Both the position numbers and the translations under genes were made by a program. From NCBI RefSeq assembly GCF_036321535.1, contig NC_087446.1:8370001-8434000 (forward strand): a stretch of 64,000 nt of DNA. The letters are read 5' to 3'. The notes beneath the pieces were generated by a model. That model was not told the DNA's origin and ran no database searches. It saw nothing but the letters and a program-made list of their open reading frames with translations. The stretch comes from Camelus dromedarius (taxonomy: Eukaryota). Shown piece after piece: positions 1 through 26,791 of the stretch (positions are counted from its first letter, which is position 1; each line of letters begins with the position of its first letter).

Positions 1-487
1 TTTAGATACCGGCAGAAGCCCTCATGAGGCCTTCCAAAAGGATGCACCTCCACTTCTTTTCTGCCATCTTCAGCGATACGGGAGAAATACACGAAAGCCT
101 AGGCCTGCAACCCTATTGTGAAGCCTTTGGTGGTAAAAGGTAATCAGACTCTCTGCCCAAATGTCACCATATCTGTCCAGCTTAGATGTTAAAACCCACC
201 CTTCTGCCTAGAATCACCTGAAAAGAGGTGCCAGATTAGGAATCTCAAGGATCCTGCATTTGGAACCAGAAGGAACAAAGAGTAGAAGATAATTCTAGGC
301 CATGCTCAGACCAAGAGCCAAACAGGGAGGAAACAGAAGATTCTAGGTCAACGGTTATTGAGGCCAAGTTCTAAGCACAATACAAGGAAGCAGAAGACCC
401 TGGGCTGCAGCCCTGGTAGCAGATCAACAAGGAACCACAGTGGGTGACTGCCCCAAACAGAGAGACTGCTGCTGGCTGTTGGCTTCA

Positions 488-13950
<13,463 letters not shown>

Positions 13951-15520
13951 AACGTTTACCCTCACCGCCCATCACTCTCCTCGTTTCCAGCTGAGGCGGT
14001 GCTCAGCTTCCAAATCTTGCTGCAAAACAGTCGGGGGCGAGAGCCTTACGATGACAGACAGGGGGAAGGCCCAATCCAGAATTCGGGTAAGTCCCGCGCC
14101 TCGGGCCACCGCCCACAGAGATAGTAAACTGCGCAAGGTGCCTCCCACTCAACTCATTGACTCCGAGCAGTCACTGAAGACCGACTTTAGATGTGCTGGC
14201 AATCTCCAGGCAATTTTACTGGTAGGATCGATGCCTGGAATACTATAGCGGCTAAAGAGAGGAAATTAAACCTCAGACCTTAGGGAGAATTCTCCATTCA
14301 CTGTTTCTGCGGAAAGAGCAATTACGAGACCAAAATGAGGCAACCAGCTCAAATAGAAGCACCTCGTTACATTTGTGAACTGTAAGGCCGAGAAATAGCG
14401 TCTGTTAAGGTAGTTTCCTATGGGTGATTCTTCCAGTGTCATGAGCGTGGAAAACCCCAATCCAAAATACTATCAACACAAGTTTTAGTGTCTTTTGAAT
14501 TCCAGTTTCAAAAGACTGAAAAGCTTGATGACATTAGGGGTTAGTCAAACTCTAATAATGCTATGTCCACTCGTCCTAAGCAACAAGCAAGAAAGAGCAA
14601 CCATTTCAGAAAATAACGTACCCAGATTTAGGGTTTTGGAATACAAGATTTAGCCAGCAAGAGGCAGGGTTCCAAATGGCCTTCAGTTTCAGGGATCTAC
14701 TTGAGGGTTGAGAGGCAACCTCTTCTTGTTCCTGTTTGCAACTACAATCAAATTTTATCTCTACAAACACAGCTGGGAATCTCGGACAAGGAGTCATGCA
14801 GCTCCAAAGGTCTTAATAGTAGTTCTTCATTTTTTTTTCCTGGCTAAATTGCTCACAACTATCCTACATATGCCTCCGTGAGATAGATAAAAATATTAAA
14901 ATTTCAATTTGGCAGAAGAGACAAATGTCATGGCATTATACTATAGAATAATGTTGATATTTAGCATCTTATCAACTGGCTCTTCCAGAAAGAGTTCAAG
15001 TTCAGAATGTGCTGACATCAGATGGTAGGCTAAAAAAAAAATGCCCTTCTCACGATAGGGTTTTGCCCAGAAAAAAAATAAAATTCTCAGAGAAGGTGCT
15101 TCTTGAGTTGAATAGAGAAGTTTGAAATCAGATTTTAGAGAGGGAATTCCTTACCATCCTTACATCCTCTTTCTGAAGACAGGTTAGAACCTAGGTTCAA
15201 ATCCTAGGTCCACTACTTACTAGCTATGTGACATCAAGCAAGTTAATTAACCTCTCTGCTTCAGTTATTGCCTCAAAAAATTAAAAAAAAAAGTGGATAG
15301 TTAGTAGTAAATGAGTTAAAATACACAAAACACTTAGTGCTTACAAGCCTCAATTATGAATTTTATGCAATTATAACTGTAACCCTTAGGTGGCTAACAA
15401 GTTACAAAATTTTAAGATAATTCAAAAGTTGTCTGTCTCAGGGCAAAGGACTCCCAATCATGTGGTAGGCAGTCAAGCATGTGTGTTAAGTGATTAATTC
15501 TGTGCTGAGTTTAATGGCGG

Positions 15521-15879
15521 TGTTAAAAAGAAACAAGCCCCGAATGGAGTCACTTGTGTTAAGCCCCACCAAGATTTAACATCTAACCTAATTGCAGTTT
15601 CAGCCTCTGTCAGGAGTGGAATCTTAAAAGAATCAGTCTGGATTTTCCTAACCAACACTAGTAAGGTAATCTGCCTGATAAGACCTTTTGCCTTCCTGTA
15701 AGGGAATGTGACCTTCCCTGAAACAATCCACTCTTTCTTCTGCCTATTAAAAACCTTCCATTTTGTGCAGCTCCTAGGAGCACTTTTCTACTTACTAGAC
15801 GGGATGCTGCCCGATTCATGAATTGTTTAACAAAGCCAATTAGATTTTCAAATTTACTCAGTTGAATTTTGTTTTTACA
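15521..15879 (+). mobile_element. ERV-type solo LTR
   Basis: TG...CA termini (tgttaaaaag...tttttaca); TATA-like ctattaaaaa near 15745; decayed poly(A) signal aacaaagcc; no clean TSD. Confidence 0.6.
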
Positions 15880-16399
15880 GTGTTACAATTTGTTTTACAG
15901 TGCTGAAGCAGGGTTAAAGAAATAACTGAATTGTTAAGGGCGATCTTTTCCTTTATTGTTTTTCCAATTTTCTGAACAAAAACCCAAAGGGAAAACAACT
16001 AAAGTGGGTGATGAATATTTGCTGATGCCTTCCTCATGTCTTTGGGTAAGAAAAGGGCAAAAGATCCACGTGGGACTGAGTCCATCTTCCTGACACACAA
16101 GGCACTAAGATATGCCTTGAGCTAACTCAGAGAGTAAGGCTCTGTGGCCACCACCGTGAGACGAGAGAGGAGCCTGAAACCAAGAGGACAGTGGTGTGTG
16201 AGTGGCAAACTGAAATACGACACCAAAGAACTCAAACAGGACTCTATTCCACTTGAAACGTGACTCCCGGAGAGGCACTTACCCTCAGAGCTCCTGGAAA
16301 GTGAGGGCGGTCGGGCCCACTAACCAATAGAATTTGCGCCCAACCGCGTAAGGTGGTTTGAAATCACCTGGTGAACGGCATGCTAGCCAAACATAAAAC

Positions 16400-17420
16400 G
16401 GTCAGCGCAGGAGCAGCTAGTCCAGGTTGGCGAAAGCACTCTGCCCAAGAAGCCTGGTCAGAGAGAGGTGGGGTAGGAAGAATAACGAAGTGCAGCCGCA
16501 GGCCGGGTCGCCGCCCCGGAAAGGAGCCGACGCCCGGGGAAAGGGAGGGGAGGCGAGGGGCGGGACAGGCATCGGGGCGGGACTCCCGCCTGCCGCCCGG
16601 CCAGCCCAGCCCTGGAAGAAACAGAGCCGAGGAACTGGGCACCAGCCCTACCTGCGGCAAGCGCCGGCATCGCCGCCGGGCTCCAAAGCCCGACACCCCC
16701 AGGGAGCCCAACGCTGCCGCACGGCGGCCACAACCCCGAAACCGGCGCCGCTGACGTCGGGCTGACGTCAGAGGTGACGCCGCGGCGGGGCGGGAGCCGG
16801 GACAGCGCAGGAGGGCGTTTCCGGAGCACGCGCCGGGCGGGGGCCGCTGACGTCGGGCTCAGGTGCGCGCGCTCGCCCGCCCGCCCAAGCGCGGCCCAGG
16901 TGGTGGCCGGCAGCTCCAGGTGGCGGCCTGCAGCGGTGAGGGGGCGACTGGCTGCGCGTCCGCACGCTGTCCCGGCGGCTCGGGGGACCGGGCCGGGGGC
17001 TGGGGTTAGGGGAGCGGCGGGAAGGCGCCTCGCCTGGCACTCACGTGACGGGCGAGGAGGTTGGGGTGGGGGCTGCGAGCTGGGTGGGCCCAGGCCCCCG
17101 AGGGCGAGGCGAATTGTCCGGCCCCACCCCTCGCGGGCCTGCCGCGCCGGAGCTTCCCTAGGGCTAGGGCTGGGGCCGGACCCGCCAGGCTGCTTGCCGG
17201 GGCTGGCTGGTCCTCCGGGGCGACCCGCCCGACCGCCGGCGCTGACAGGCGTTGTCTCCTTCGCAGGGACGCGGCGAGAGGGCGAGAATCCGCGCTTTCA
17301 AGGGAGCTGCTCCCGGCTTGGCCCCGCGGGGTCCCACCGCACTCGAGGGGATGGAGAGCCTCCCCCGAGGCCCCTGCACGGCCCGCGATCCCACGCTGGT
17401 CGGCCCTCGCTAGCTGCTTG
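16400..17420 (+). promoter_or_regulatory. JOSD1 CpG island and promoter, with a probable non-coding exon 1 ending at 16935 and an exon 2 acceptor at 17266
   Basis: CpG-dense; TGACGTCA at 16763-16770 plus TGACGTCG copies; TCACGTGA at 17041; donor GCG|gtgagg at 16935/6; pyrimidine-rich acceptor gttgtctccttcgcag|G at 17266/7. Confidence 0.7.
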
Positions 17421-17904
17421 AAATTTGCGTTTTATCCACCACCTAGGCCTTGTCTCCTGAGTCAGTGGCGTTGTGGTTCGAAAGACATGGAAGAAAAAGA
17501 GCGATGTGACCGATTTCGTTCTGTCCTCCTGCTTTGAGGCCTGGTTGGCATTTGCGGAGAGAAAAATACAGCAAGAAAATCGTGGGGGGGGGGTTTGGAG
17601 GGGGTGGAAAAGGAGGGTGAAAAGGAAAACAAGGTTTTAGATTTTATACGATTTTTTAAAACGTATGCACTTTGACAGTGGTGGCGAAATACACTAATCC
17701 AAAAGTTATCTTTCTATCGAGAAGAGGGGGGATTATTTTTTCCTTTTGATTCCAACCTTTTCTTCCCGTGACAAAGCATAAATCATGGACACCAGAAAAT
17801 AACGTGGACCTCAGGAATTCTGAAAAGACTGAGAAGCGTACATTCCTCCTCAGGAGGGAAGGGTGGGGTGTTTTTAGCCCTCTCTGGAATCTAAAACGAA
17901 AAAC

Positions 17905-18089
17905 ATGAGTTGCGTGCCATGGAAAGGAGACAAGGCTANNNNNNNNNNNNNNNNNNNNNNNNNNNNNNNNNNNNNNNNNNNNNNNNNNNNNNNNNNNNNN
18001 NNNNNNNNNNNNNNNNNNNNNNNNNNNNNNNNNNNNNNNNNNNNNNNNNNNNNNNNNNNNNNNNNNNNNNNNNNNNNNNNNNNNNNNNN
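17905..18089 (+). CDS. JOSD1: JOSD1 first coding exon (mostly masked; 3' end inferred)
   Basis: ATG AGT TGC GTG CCA TGG AAA GGA GAC AAG GCT, then N 17939-18110; 185 nt required by phase and recalled homology. Confidence 0.85.
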
Positions 18090-21000
18090 NNNNNNNNNNN
18101 NNNNNNNNNNGGATCTTTGTACTTTTCGTGTTTTCTGAATTTTGAGGGGTGGGGCAATGCCTCTGCTGCATAATAAACCTTCACACCAACAGGTATTATT
18201 AGCTAGATGCTGTTAGCAGGTACAAGGGACACAAGAATGGGAAAGATAATCACTACTATTTATTGACCACTTACAGTGGGGTAGGCACCCCGCTAAGTCT
18301 CAGTTGTGTTATCTCAAGTGATCCCCTCCACAATCCCATGGAATTGTTACTATTTCCAGTTTATGGGTAAAGACTTATGGCCTCAGAGAAGTTCGATAAT
18401 TTGCCCAAGGTTAACATACGAGAGGTGGAGCCAAGCTTGAATTCAGGTTTGTTGTTGCTGTGCTGTTTACCACTATGCTATTAATGCTTCTCAAGTCCTG
18501 CCCACAGGGAGTTTAGAGTCTCGAAGGGGGACAAGATATGTACACTCAGTAACCTGTCATCAGAGTTGGAAAGTTGTGTTTCCATTAGAAAGGTAAATAC
18601 ACAATGCTCACCTTTTCTATGAGGCCATGGGCTGGCCTTGGTGCTTTTCATACAGTGTTTTGAGTAGCCCTCCTCACAGTTGATTTACTGTCTAATTTAC
18701 TGATAAAGAAACAGGAAGAGAGGTCCAGTGTTTTCTCCATATAGTGTCTAGGTAGCAAAGCTGTGATTTGAAGCTGACTATAGATTCCCTCCCCTCTCTA
18801 CTTTATTCTAAATCGCTTTCTTACCTACATTGTCCAATGCTGCTGGACAGGTTGGTAGAAGGTCAGCTTTTTTCTCTCAGCTCTGATATTCTAAAATTCT
18901 TCTATCAAAGAGTTTGAGGAATGGTTCTGCAGTGTCTGGATGAACACAGTATCACGTCTGTGGTCCACGTCTGTAGCAACTTTGGCAGTGAGCCTCTCTC
19001 ACTACTCCAGCTTATAAAGAGTTATCCTCTTCAGTTCTTAGTGCAGAGAAAGCTCAAGAATTCTTCGAGAAATGCATATTGGCATTTCCAGAAGACCCTT
19101 CTCTGTCTACCTTCATTTAGAGATGACATTATTGCCCCAGAAGGGCCTGAATTACAGCTAGTAACAACCTATTTGGGGTGACTGAAGCATAGGTGTGAAC
19201 CATTTGTCCTGAAAGAATCATAGGCCCTCTCTTAGAAGAATATTAATTTCACTGTGCTGACAAAATTATAATGACGGTAATTATTTTCCAATGCCAATAA
19301 TAACCCATTGTAATGTCTTAGCAGGGCATATGTGTCCTTTGCATCATGGCCATTATCTGGCAAGTAGAATGAACTGTCTTCAGGAAATTAGGGCTCTGGG
19401 AGGTGAGATAATTTGTCTCAGATCAGTAAGTCATGTAACTGACAGTAGAAAGGAAGCCAGTCCTTTAGACTGCTTCCTCTTGGCCAGCCATTAATAAGTA
19501 TACCTTCTACTCCTAGTTGGATATTTGCAAATTATTTCCTAGTTGAAGACAAGGGAGAAGGAAATGACTCACAGTGAGTACTTGAATGTGCTTGGTGCTT
19601 TGTAACAGTCTTGCAACAACCTTATCAATAGTGATTCTAGGAAACTTGGATCAACTTAAGCAATTTGTCCAGTTTCACTCTGATAAATTTCAAGTCTGAC
19701 ATACCTTGTGTCCATTCGGAAGTTTTTCACTTCTGTAACTTTGGCCCCGATCTGACATGATGATGATCACTCACACAGATGAACCTTCGCTCTGTGCAAA
19801 GCACTGTTTTGAGTGCTTTCCTTGTGTTAACTCACTCCTGACACTAATCTTATTATAAGGTAGATTCTGCTATTTCTCGTTTTTCCAGATGAGGAAATCA
19901 TGGCACAGAGAGTTCACAGAACTGTTAATTGCAGGATTTGGGCCCAAGCTTTGTGACTCGAGGGCCTGCCCTCCTAACAGCTCTGCTGCTTCTTGAGTAT
20001 TGGGAAGGTGTGTCAGAGCAATTTTATCATCAGTAGCCATTTACCTTGCTAGTAAATTGGGCCTGGATCTGAAGATGTGGACTGTGAGTATAAACTGTTT
20101 GTGAATAATAGCAGGACTCTTTCAGCCGTGTTTAACTGAATTAAAGAATGCTAAATATTTGCTAAACACTCACGTGGAACCAGAGTTCTATTCCTGTGTT
20201 TTAAAGCTTTAGCGAGTTACACTACATCCCCCAGTTCCCTATCAGCACAATGTGAAGATTCACCTCTAAGTAATAGCAGGCCAGTACATAAGAGAATATA
20301 CTCTGTCTCCTCTGTATAGAGTATTCTGTGTGGGAAGATTCTGTGTGGATTAATAGAAACAAAGAAGTGTGAAAGGGATCAGAGAAAAAAGCAGAAGGAG
20401 AAAAGGTGAGGGAAAGAAGATGGAATTTTTTAAAACAAACATTTACTAGCTGCCTGCAGTGTGCCAGGCACCGCTAGGCACTGTAAAGAAAACAAATTGA
20501 ACAAGACCCAGCCGCTGGGAAGTACATCTCAGAGCTGTACATTGACCAGGCCTTGAGAACAGATTGCACTGAATTAGAACCATGGGATTTAGAGCAATTT
20601 AAAGGGGAAAAGATAATCTATTTGGATCCTAACAGAAAAGAGTAATGTTGGCAGTACTGGGAACTAGATAATTTAAAATTCCCAGGTCTATAAAGTCCTA
20701 TGCTTTTTTGAAAATGTGGCTAATGAATGGTAGAAATGGGACAAAAATTTTGATGAATGCTATTTGTTGAGAGTAGGTTCATTCTAGCAGTTGAATTTTA
20801 GCCAGATAGAAGAAATACAAAAGCAGGGTGGAGTTTAAGTGCAGTTGTGGATATGAGATGACTCATGTTTGGAATAGAAATGAATAGGATTTTAGAAAGG
20901 ACTAAGCTAATGACTCGGCAGCAACATAGGAACAAGGAAGAGAGGAGTCAGTTGTGACAGGCTCCGTCCAGGATTTGAAGATAGTGGTAATGCCTGCAGT

Positions 21001-24000
21001 GATAGCAAAAAGAGGTCATTGGTTTGAGAAGGATCAAAAACTGAAATTGGAGAGAAGGTCAGAAACTGGGCAAGTGTCATCAGTGTGCATTGATATAGAT
21101 GTGGATGTTTGATCTTAAATTTTATCACATATGTGTCTATGCTTTGAAAAAGAAAGGACTTAGAAGTCAAATTATGTAGTAACAATTTTACTAGGTTGTT
21201 TTGAAAATCTCAGGCCTCAAACATCTTCACTAGACTCATCTCAATTTTTCTGCAATCAAATGTATGTACACCTAGGTATGCATTACTCTCCCAAATAAAA
21301 CATCTGTTAAAATCTAAATAGAGGTACTTGGTGCTGGGGGGAAAAGCCTTAATGCAATCTGCAAGGGACAAAGAGATGATAGTTATTGGTGAACATTCTC
21401 TGCCACGGAGAAGTCCTCCTGCCTCCCCATTAAAAGTCCTGAGCCACATTAAAAATGGTGGTTTAAGTTGAGAAAAGGTGTTGTTGAGTGTTAAGTTCTA
21501 GAGATTTAAATTATCTCATCCAAGGGCCAGCAGGCTCCTCCTCCTCATCATCATCATCGTTGCCAACACCTGGAGTACTTCTGTGTGCCTAGCCCTGTGA
21601 TCTGTGCTTTATGTATGTAATAACTTAAAAACACATCTGGAAGTTCTGAGCCTTATTTTCTAAAGTCACATCTCTTCAGAACTCATTACAAGAAAAAAAT
21701 TAAAGGAGGAAAAGAATCTTGATGAATTGTCTCTACAAGTCCTTTTCATTAAAATCTGAAACATTACCCCAGCCAGACACAGTGGTAACCACAAGAGAGG
21801 ACCAAAGACTTAACTGAGGGTACAGACATCAGTGGAGACCTGGACTAGAGCCCATCTTCTCGCTTGTGGATCACTGCAGATCTCGTGGCTCTAAACCTCT
21901 GCCCATGGTGACCAAAATGAGAGGCTCATGTCTAGTCCTGAATTTCTATGGAAATAATTAAGAGTCCTGAATGGAAGTCTCAAGAAAACATTCCACTGGG
22001 ACAGAACAGAATCCCATGGAATTCAGTGGGATCTGTGCTTTGAAATATCCAGGAGACTGTTCAGCGTAGCCTTAGGTTTAGTGGTTGAATCCTCACTCTG
22101 TCACTCCCTAGCTGAAGATGACTGTACCAGTCACCGTAACATTTTGCACCTCAGCTTCCTTATTTACACTGTGGGGTTAATCTCTATCTCAAGATTGTTG
22201 GAAGGATTAAATGATAAAGCTCAGAAAAGAAGCTAGCACAGTGGGCACTTGATTATTGTTGAAGTAAAAACAAGTACTAGTATAATGGGCACACTGAATG
22301 GACCCCACTTATTCAAACGACCACTCCTCTGGCAGTGAGATGGAAACCACTCTCAGCATTTCCTATATTGATTGGTTTGGCAAGCACATGGTTATGCAGT
22401 TGCCAGGGCCCAAATGTGAGAGATATAGAGTAGATGAGTCATCCTCTTAGCTTCGGGAATTTACTGTTTGGGTGGACATGTGTAAAATAACTGAATTCTT
22501 CAATGGTCCTGTGAGATAAGGATCATTCCTATTTTTACAGATAAACTAACAGGAATGGAGATCAGATCTCAAAATTGGTATTGATGCTGCTTGGATGTGA
22601 ACAGAGAGATGTGTGGTCCTCCTGATCTCCCTCTTTTTTCTACTACACTGGAGCCAGGGAAGATTCCATGGAAGAGATAAGGTGTTAGGTTGAGCTTGAA
22701 GAAGCTTTAGGATTTAGCTTGTAACCAGAAAATGGATAAAAGAAAAGAGGTTACATGGGCTTGGTGCCTGAAGTACACTAAGCCCAATGAAAGGGAAACA
22801 GCAGGCTGAGTGGGGCTGGGAGGGTTGGAGTTGGCCAACCAGGCAGTTGGCTCCATTGCCGGTTCTTATATAAGTGAGTGGAATGATACCTTTAGCGAGT
22901 GTGGCAGGAATATAGGCTGAATAGGTGGAAGGAGCATTTGGAAGGAACCTGTTTCAAAAATCCAGGTGTGAAGTGAGCGGCCTCCTGTCAGGGCACAGAC
23001 AGTGGGAATAGACAGGCAAGGATTTGAATCTGAGAGAGCAGATGTAGGACAAGAAGAAGAGATCCTTGCAACACTAGTTCCAGAAGGTGCACCTCAGAGA
23101 AGAAGTTTGTGTGGTCAATGTTTAGACCCCCTCGCCTCAAGAGTCAAGGTAACTATCAGCATACTGGGGACTTCAGGAAATTCTGTAGGAAGCCTGTTAC
23201 TGATTCATTCAGCCCTTACTGTATTGAATGCCTTCTGTGATCCTCTGGGAACACATTTGGGAAAGTGCGACACTAAGGGTTGAGCCTGGTAGGGACTTAG
23301 ATGGTGAAAGAGGAGGAAGACTCAGCAGTTTCTTTGTTGGAACCTTCGTGCGCCTGCTGGCTCGAGACTTCACTGAAGGTACGGAGAAGATGCTGGAAAA
23401 CTAGTGAAGGGAAAGGAACTTTATACATCTTGAGCTTGACTTTCTTTCATATGCTTTCTCATTTAATCCAAGTGCCCAAGAACCCACTGAGAGCTTTTAT
23501 CTTATTAAGCTACATTTTAGGCCCAGGCCGAGAGACTCAGCTAGCCTTTCCTCTTATCAGCCTGTCACCACCACCCATTCTGTTTCTTGAGTCCTTGCCA
23601 TGAGCAGTAAGCAGAACTTTGGATTCAAACAAACTGCAATTTGAATCCTAGTTCTGTCACTTAAAAAGCAAGTGATCACAGGCTAATCATTTTAAATCAC
23701 CAAACTTCAGTTTCTAAACCTATAAATGGAAGTAATTCATAGCATCTCATAGATTTATTGTGAGGATTAAGTGAGATACATATGTGAAAGCGTCTGTCAG
23801 AGGACGTGCACAGAAGTCTTCACTCAGTGGCAGTTATTATTACAGGTTAAACAAAGTTTGGTTGCAAAATGTCCTTAATGCCCCTTCTTTGCTGACTCTG
23901 GATGCTGGTTTCACTGATACTTAGAGGAAAAGAGTGAGGATAACAAAATAAACATGGAGAACATTTCAACAAATGTCCCTTGAGCACATGTCATGTGCCA

Positions 24001-26791
24001 GGCACTCTTTGAGGGCTGGTGATGTAGTGTTAACAGGCTAGAGAAGGCCCCTGCTGCCATTCTAGTGTGAAAATACAGACAAGTGAGGCTGTGACATGCC
24101 CAGTAGTCAAACTGTCCGTAATTAAATTAAAGCAGGTGGATGTAAGAGGAAATGATGAGGTGACAGGGAGCAACTTAAGGTCGGGTGATCAGAAAAGGTC
24201 TCTAGGGCAATAACACATGAGACCCAAATAATGGGGAGCAAACCGAGTGAAGATCTGAGGGAAGAGCATTCCAGGCAGAAACAGTGAGTGAGCGCAGAGG
24301 CCCTCCCGGGAGAAAGAGCTCTGTGTGTCCAGGTAGCAGAGAGGTCTTTGTGCTGAGAGGTAGGGATGAGGTCAGCGGGATCTTCAGGGCCTTGCAGGCC
24401 AGGGGAAGTCGTTTAGATTGTATTTAAGTGCTTTGGGAGCCGTTGGAGAGATTAAGCAGTGGCAAGAGTATGTTTTATGTTGGAAAAATATCATTATGGT
24501 TGCTATGTATAGAGAAGTTGGAAAAAAATTTTGTAAGATTTCTGAAGTTTTTAGAATTGACCTAAAGATCTTATTCTCTTCTGGAGATGGCATTTAGCAA
24601 CCTGGTAGACATCTGCTCTCTGCTTTTATTCCTAAGGAACTCGTGACTTTGCCCTTCCTCCCCTTCACGCGAAGGTGAAAGACATGCTGCCCCTTCCTTC
24701 AAGATGCTTTTCCTCAGGTCCTGGCCTGAGCAGCCTGTGAAAGCAAAATAATAGGGTTGGAAATGCCTTCAGAACTGACCTTGTCTTGAGATGAAGGAGT
24801 GGCTAAAGAGGCCTGGCCCAAAATGCTTAAAGCTAGTGGGCAAGTCAGACTGTAGTTGAGTATTGTTTATCTAGCACAAACTTTTTTTCAATTTGTTTAT
24901 TTTTTTTTAATTCAGTTATTTTACACACACGTATATTTGGAATACCTTTAGGTGGGTCATGCATTCCAGTTTAATATTGGCCTGACTACTTTATATTGCC
25001 TGACATTTGGTCCCAGTTCATACATTTATGTTACCTGTCTGGGCCCCTGAAGGCCTTTGAGTATTTGATGATTAATGATTACTAAGTATGCAAGCCTTAA
25101 AAAGAAAGCATTTAAATTGTAAAATAAATAAATAAGAGTAACAACAAATATTACGTATGCAAATGAAAATACCAATACTATTTTCCAATGTTAAAAAAAA
25201 AAAAAGCCTGTATCAAGGCAGGAGGATCAGCAAGGAGGAAGACTGCAGAAATGGGTAGGCTGGGGCCTTCATAAATCAGATTCCTTTGTGGAACATTCTT
25301 TGTACTCATTGAATTCACTGTAGACACGCTTTTTAAATGGCAGGCAGATAGATCCCACCACTATTGAATTATTGTTTTGCATAAAAATAAAGGCAGTCCC
25401 TAGGGCAGCAGGAGCCCAGACTACAAAATACTTGGGTAAGAACTGGTTATATTTACTTGAATGGGAGGAAACAGGCTTCCAGGGGCAGCAGTGTAAAGTG
25501 TCCTGTCCGTGGTCGTGCAGGGCCAGGTGGGGTTAGGCAGACCAGCAAGTCTCAGCTTTCCTCCTTTGACACTTGTAGGTTGTCTCCAAACACCATGGTG
25601 ACCCCCCACAAGAAGAGTATGCTGGGAAATGGGAACTACGATGTGAACGTCATTATGGCAGCACTTCAGACCAAAGGCTATGAAGCTGTTTGGTGGGATA
25701 AGCGCAGGTAATCCAACCAGACTTGATTTGATGAGAACTGGCACTCAAGTGGGGAGGTGGCCAGTTGTGGCATTACAGCCAGGGGACCTTGGGGGCTTGG
25801 CTGCCTCAGAGCCTGACACCATTCCTGTTCTTCAGGGATGTCGGCGCCATTGCTCTCACTAACGTCATGGGCTTCATCATGAATCTGCCCTCCAGCCTGT
25901 GCTGGGGTCCANNNNNNNNNNNNNNNNNNNNNNNNNNNNNNNNNNNNNNNNNNNNNNNNNNNNNNNNNNNNNNNNNNNNNNNNNNNNNNNNNNNNNNNNN
26001 NNNNNNNNNNNNNNNNNNNNNNNNNNNNNNNNNNNNNNNNNNNTGCAATGGTGGCAAGTTAAGCTTATTTTTGGTTATTTGACAAAGGAAATTCCTAGCT
26101 CCTGGGATCCTCTCCCTGCTGTTACTTTAGAATCATAGGGTCTCAGACTTGAAAACCTTAAATCTTTGATGGCCCATGAGGATGTTAAGTCCCTTTGGCA
26201 GAGAAGTCCCAGCACCTGGGATGCTGGCTTTCTGGTCTGGTAGGACTGGTGTTGTAACGTTCTCTAACTTAGACAACTGTGACAGTATAGCTGTCAGTTC
26301 AGAGAAAGGAAGACAGACATTTGGGCCCAGAGAGGGCTAAATTTCCCTGGGACCAAAGAAAAAACTTTTTTTTTTCCTCCTTCCTTTTTTTTTTTTTACC
26401 AATTAGAAGACCTTACTTTAGGGTACGTTGGGCCCTACTCCTCACAGAACTGCTACTGTTGGTAGTAATATATGAGGATGAGCAAAAATTCAGGTTGGAA
26501 ATTGAACTAGACAGCCTGAGGGGTAACCAAATGTGGAGTCCTCCAAGAAGACATCACTACTAGAGAGTGTTGAGGATTGCCGTGGGTCTGAATGACAAGG
26601 TTACTGTCTGGTGAACATGTGACCCCAAGACAGGAATTTGCATTTTTACTAGCATTTCATCTTCTCTTTCATCTACCCTTTTCTCCCTTAGGAAATTTCT
26701 AAAACATCATTTGCGAGGAAAGAACTGTGAACTCCTGCTGGTGGTACCAGAAGAGGTGGAGGCCCATCAGAGTTGGAGGGCTGACGTGTAA
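17905..26791 (+). CDS. JOSD1: Josephin domain-containing protein 1 (deubiquitinase), 202 aa: join 17905-18089, 25579-25707, 25836-26030, 26692-26791
   Basis: [11 protein letters not shown] start; [43 protein letters not shown]; [25 protein letters not shown]; [32 protein letters not shown]. Exons sum to 185+129+195+100=609 nt, with two donors inferred inside N-runs. Confidence 0.96.
25579..25707 (+). CDS. JOSD1: JOSD1 coding exon 2
   Basis: tag acceptor ending at 25578; AG|gtaatc donor; 129 nt. Confidence 0.96.
25836..26030 (+). CDS. JOSD1: JOSD1 coding exon 3 (3' part masked; end inferred)
   Basis: ttcttcag acceptor ending at 25835; [25 protein letters not shown] visible, then N 25912-26043. 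Confidence 0.88.
26692..26791 (+). CDS. JOSD1: JOSD1 last coding exon
   Basis: Long pyrimidine tract and tag ending at 26691; TAA stop at 26789-26791. Confidence 0.96.

Noticed and set aside
16364-17537. Many ORFs of 90-215 aa on both strands in the JOSD1 island
   Set aside because: Same GC-content artefact; only the short ATG-initiated uORFs are reported.
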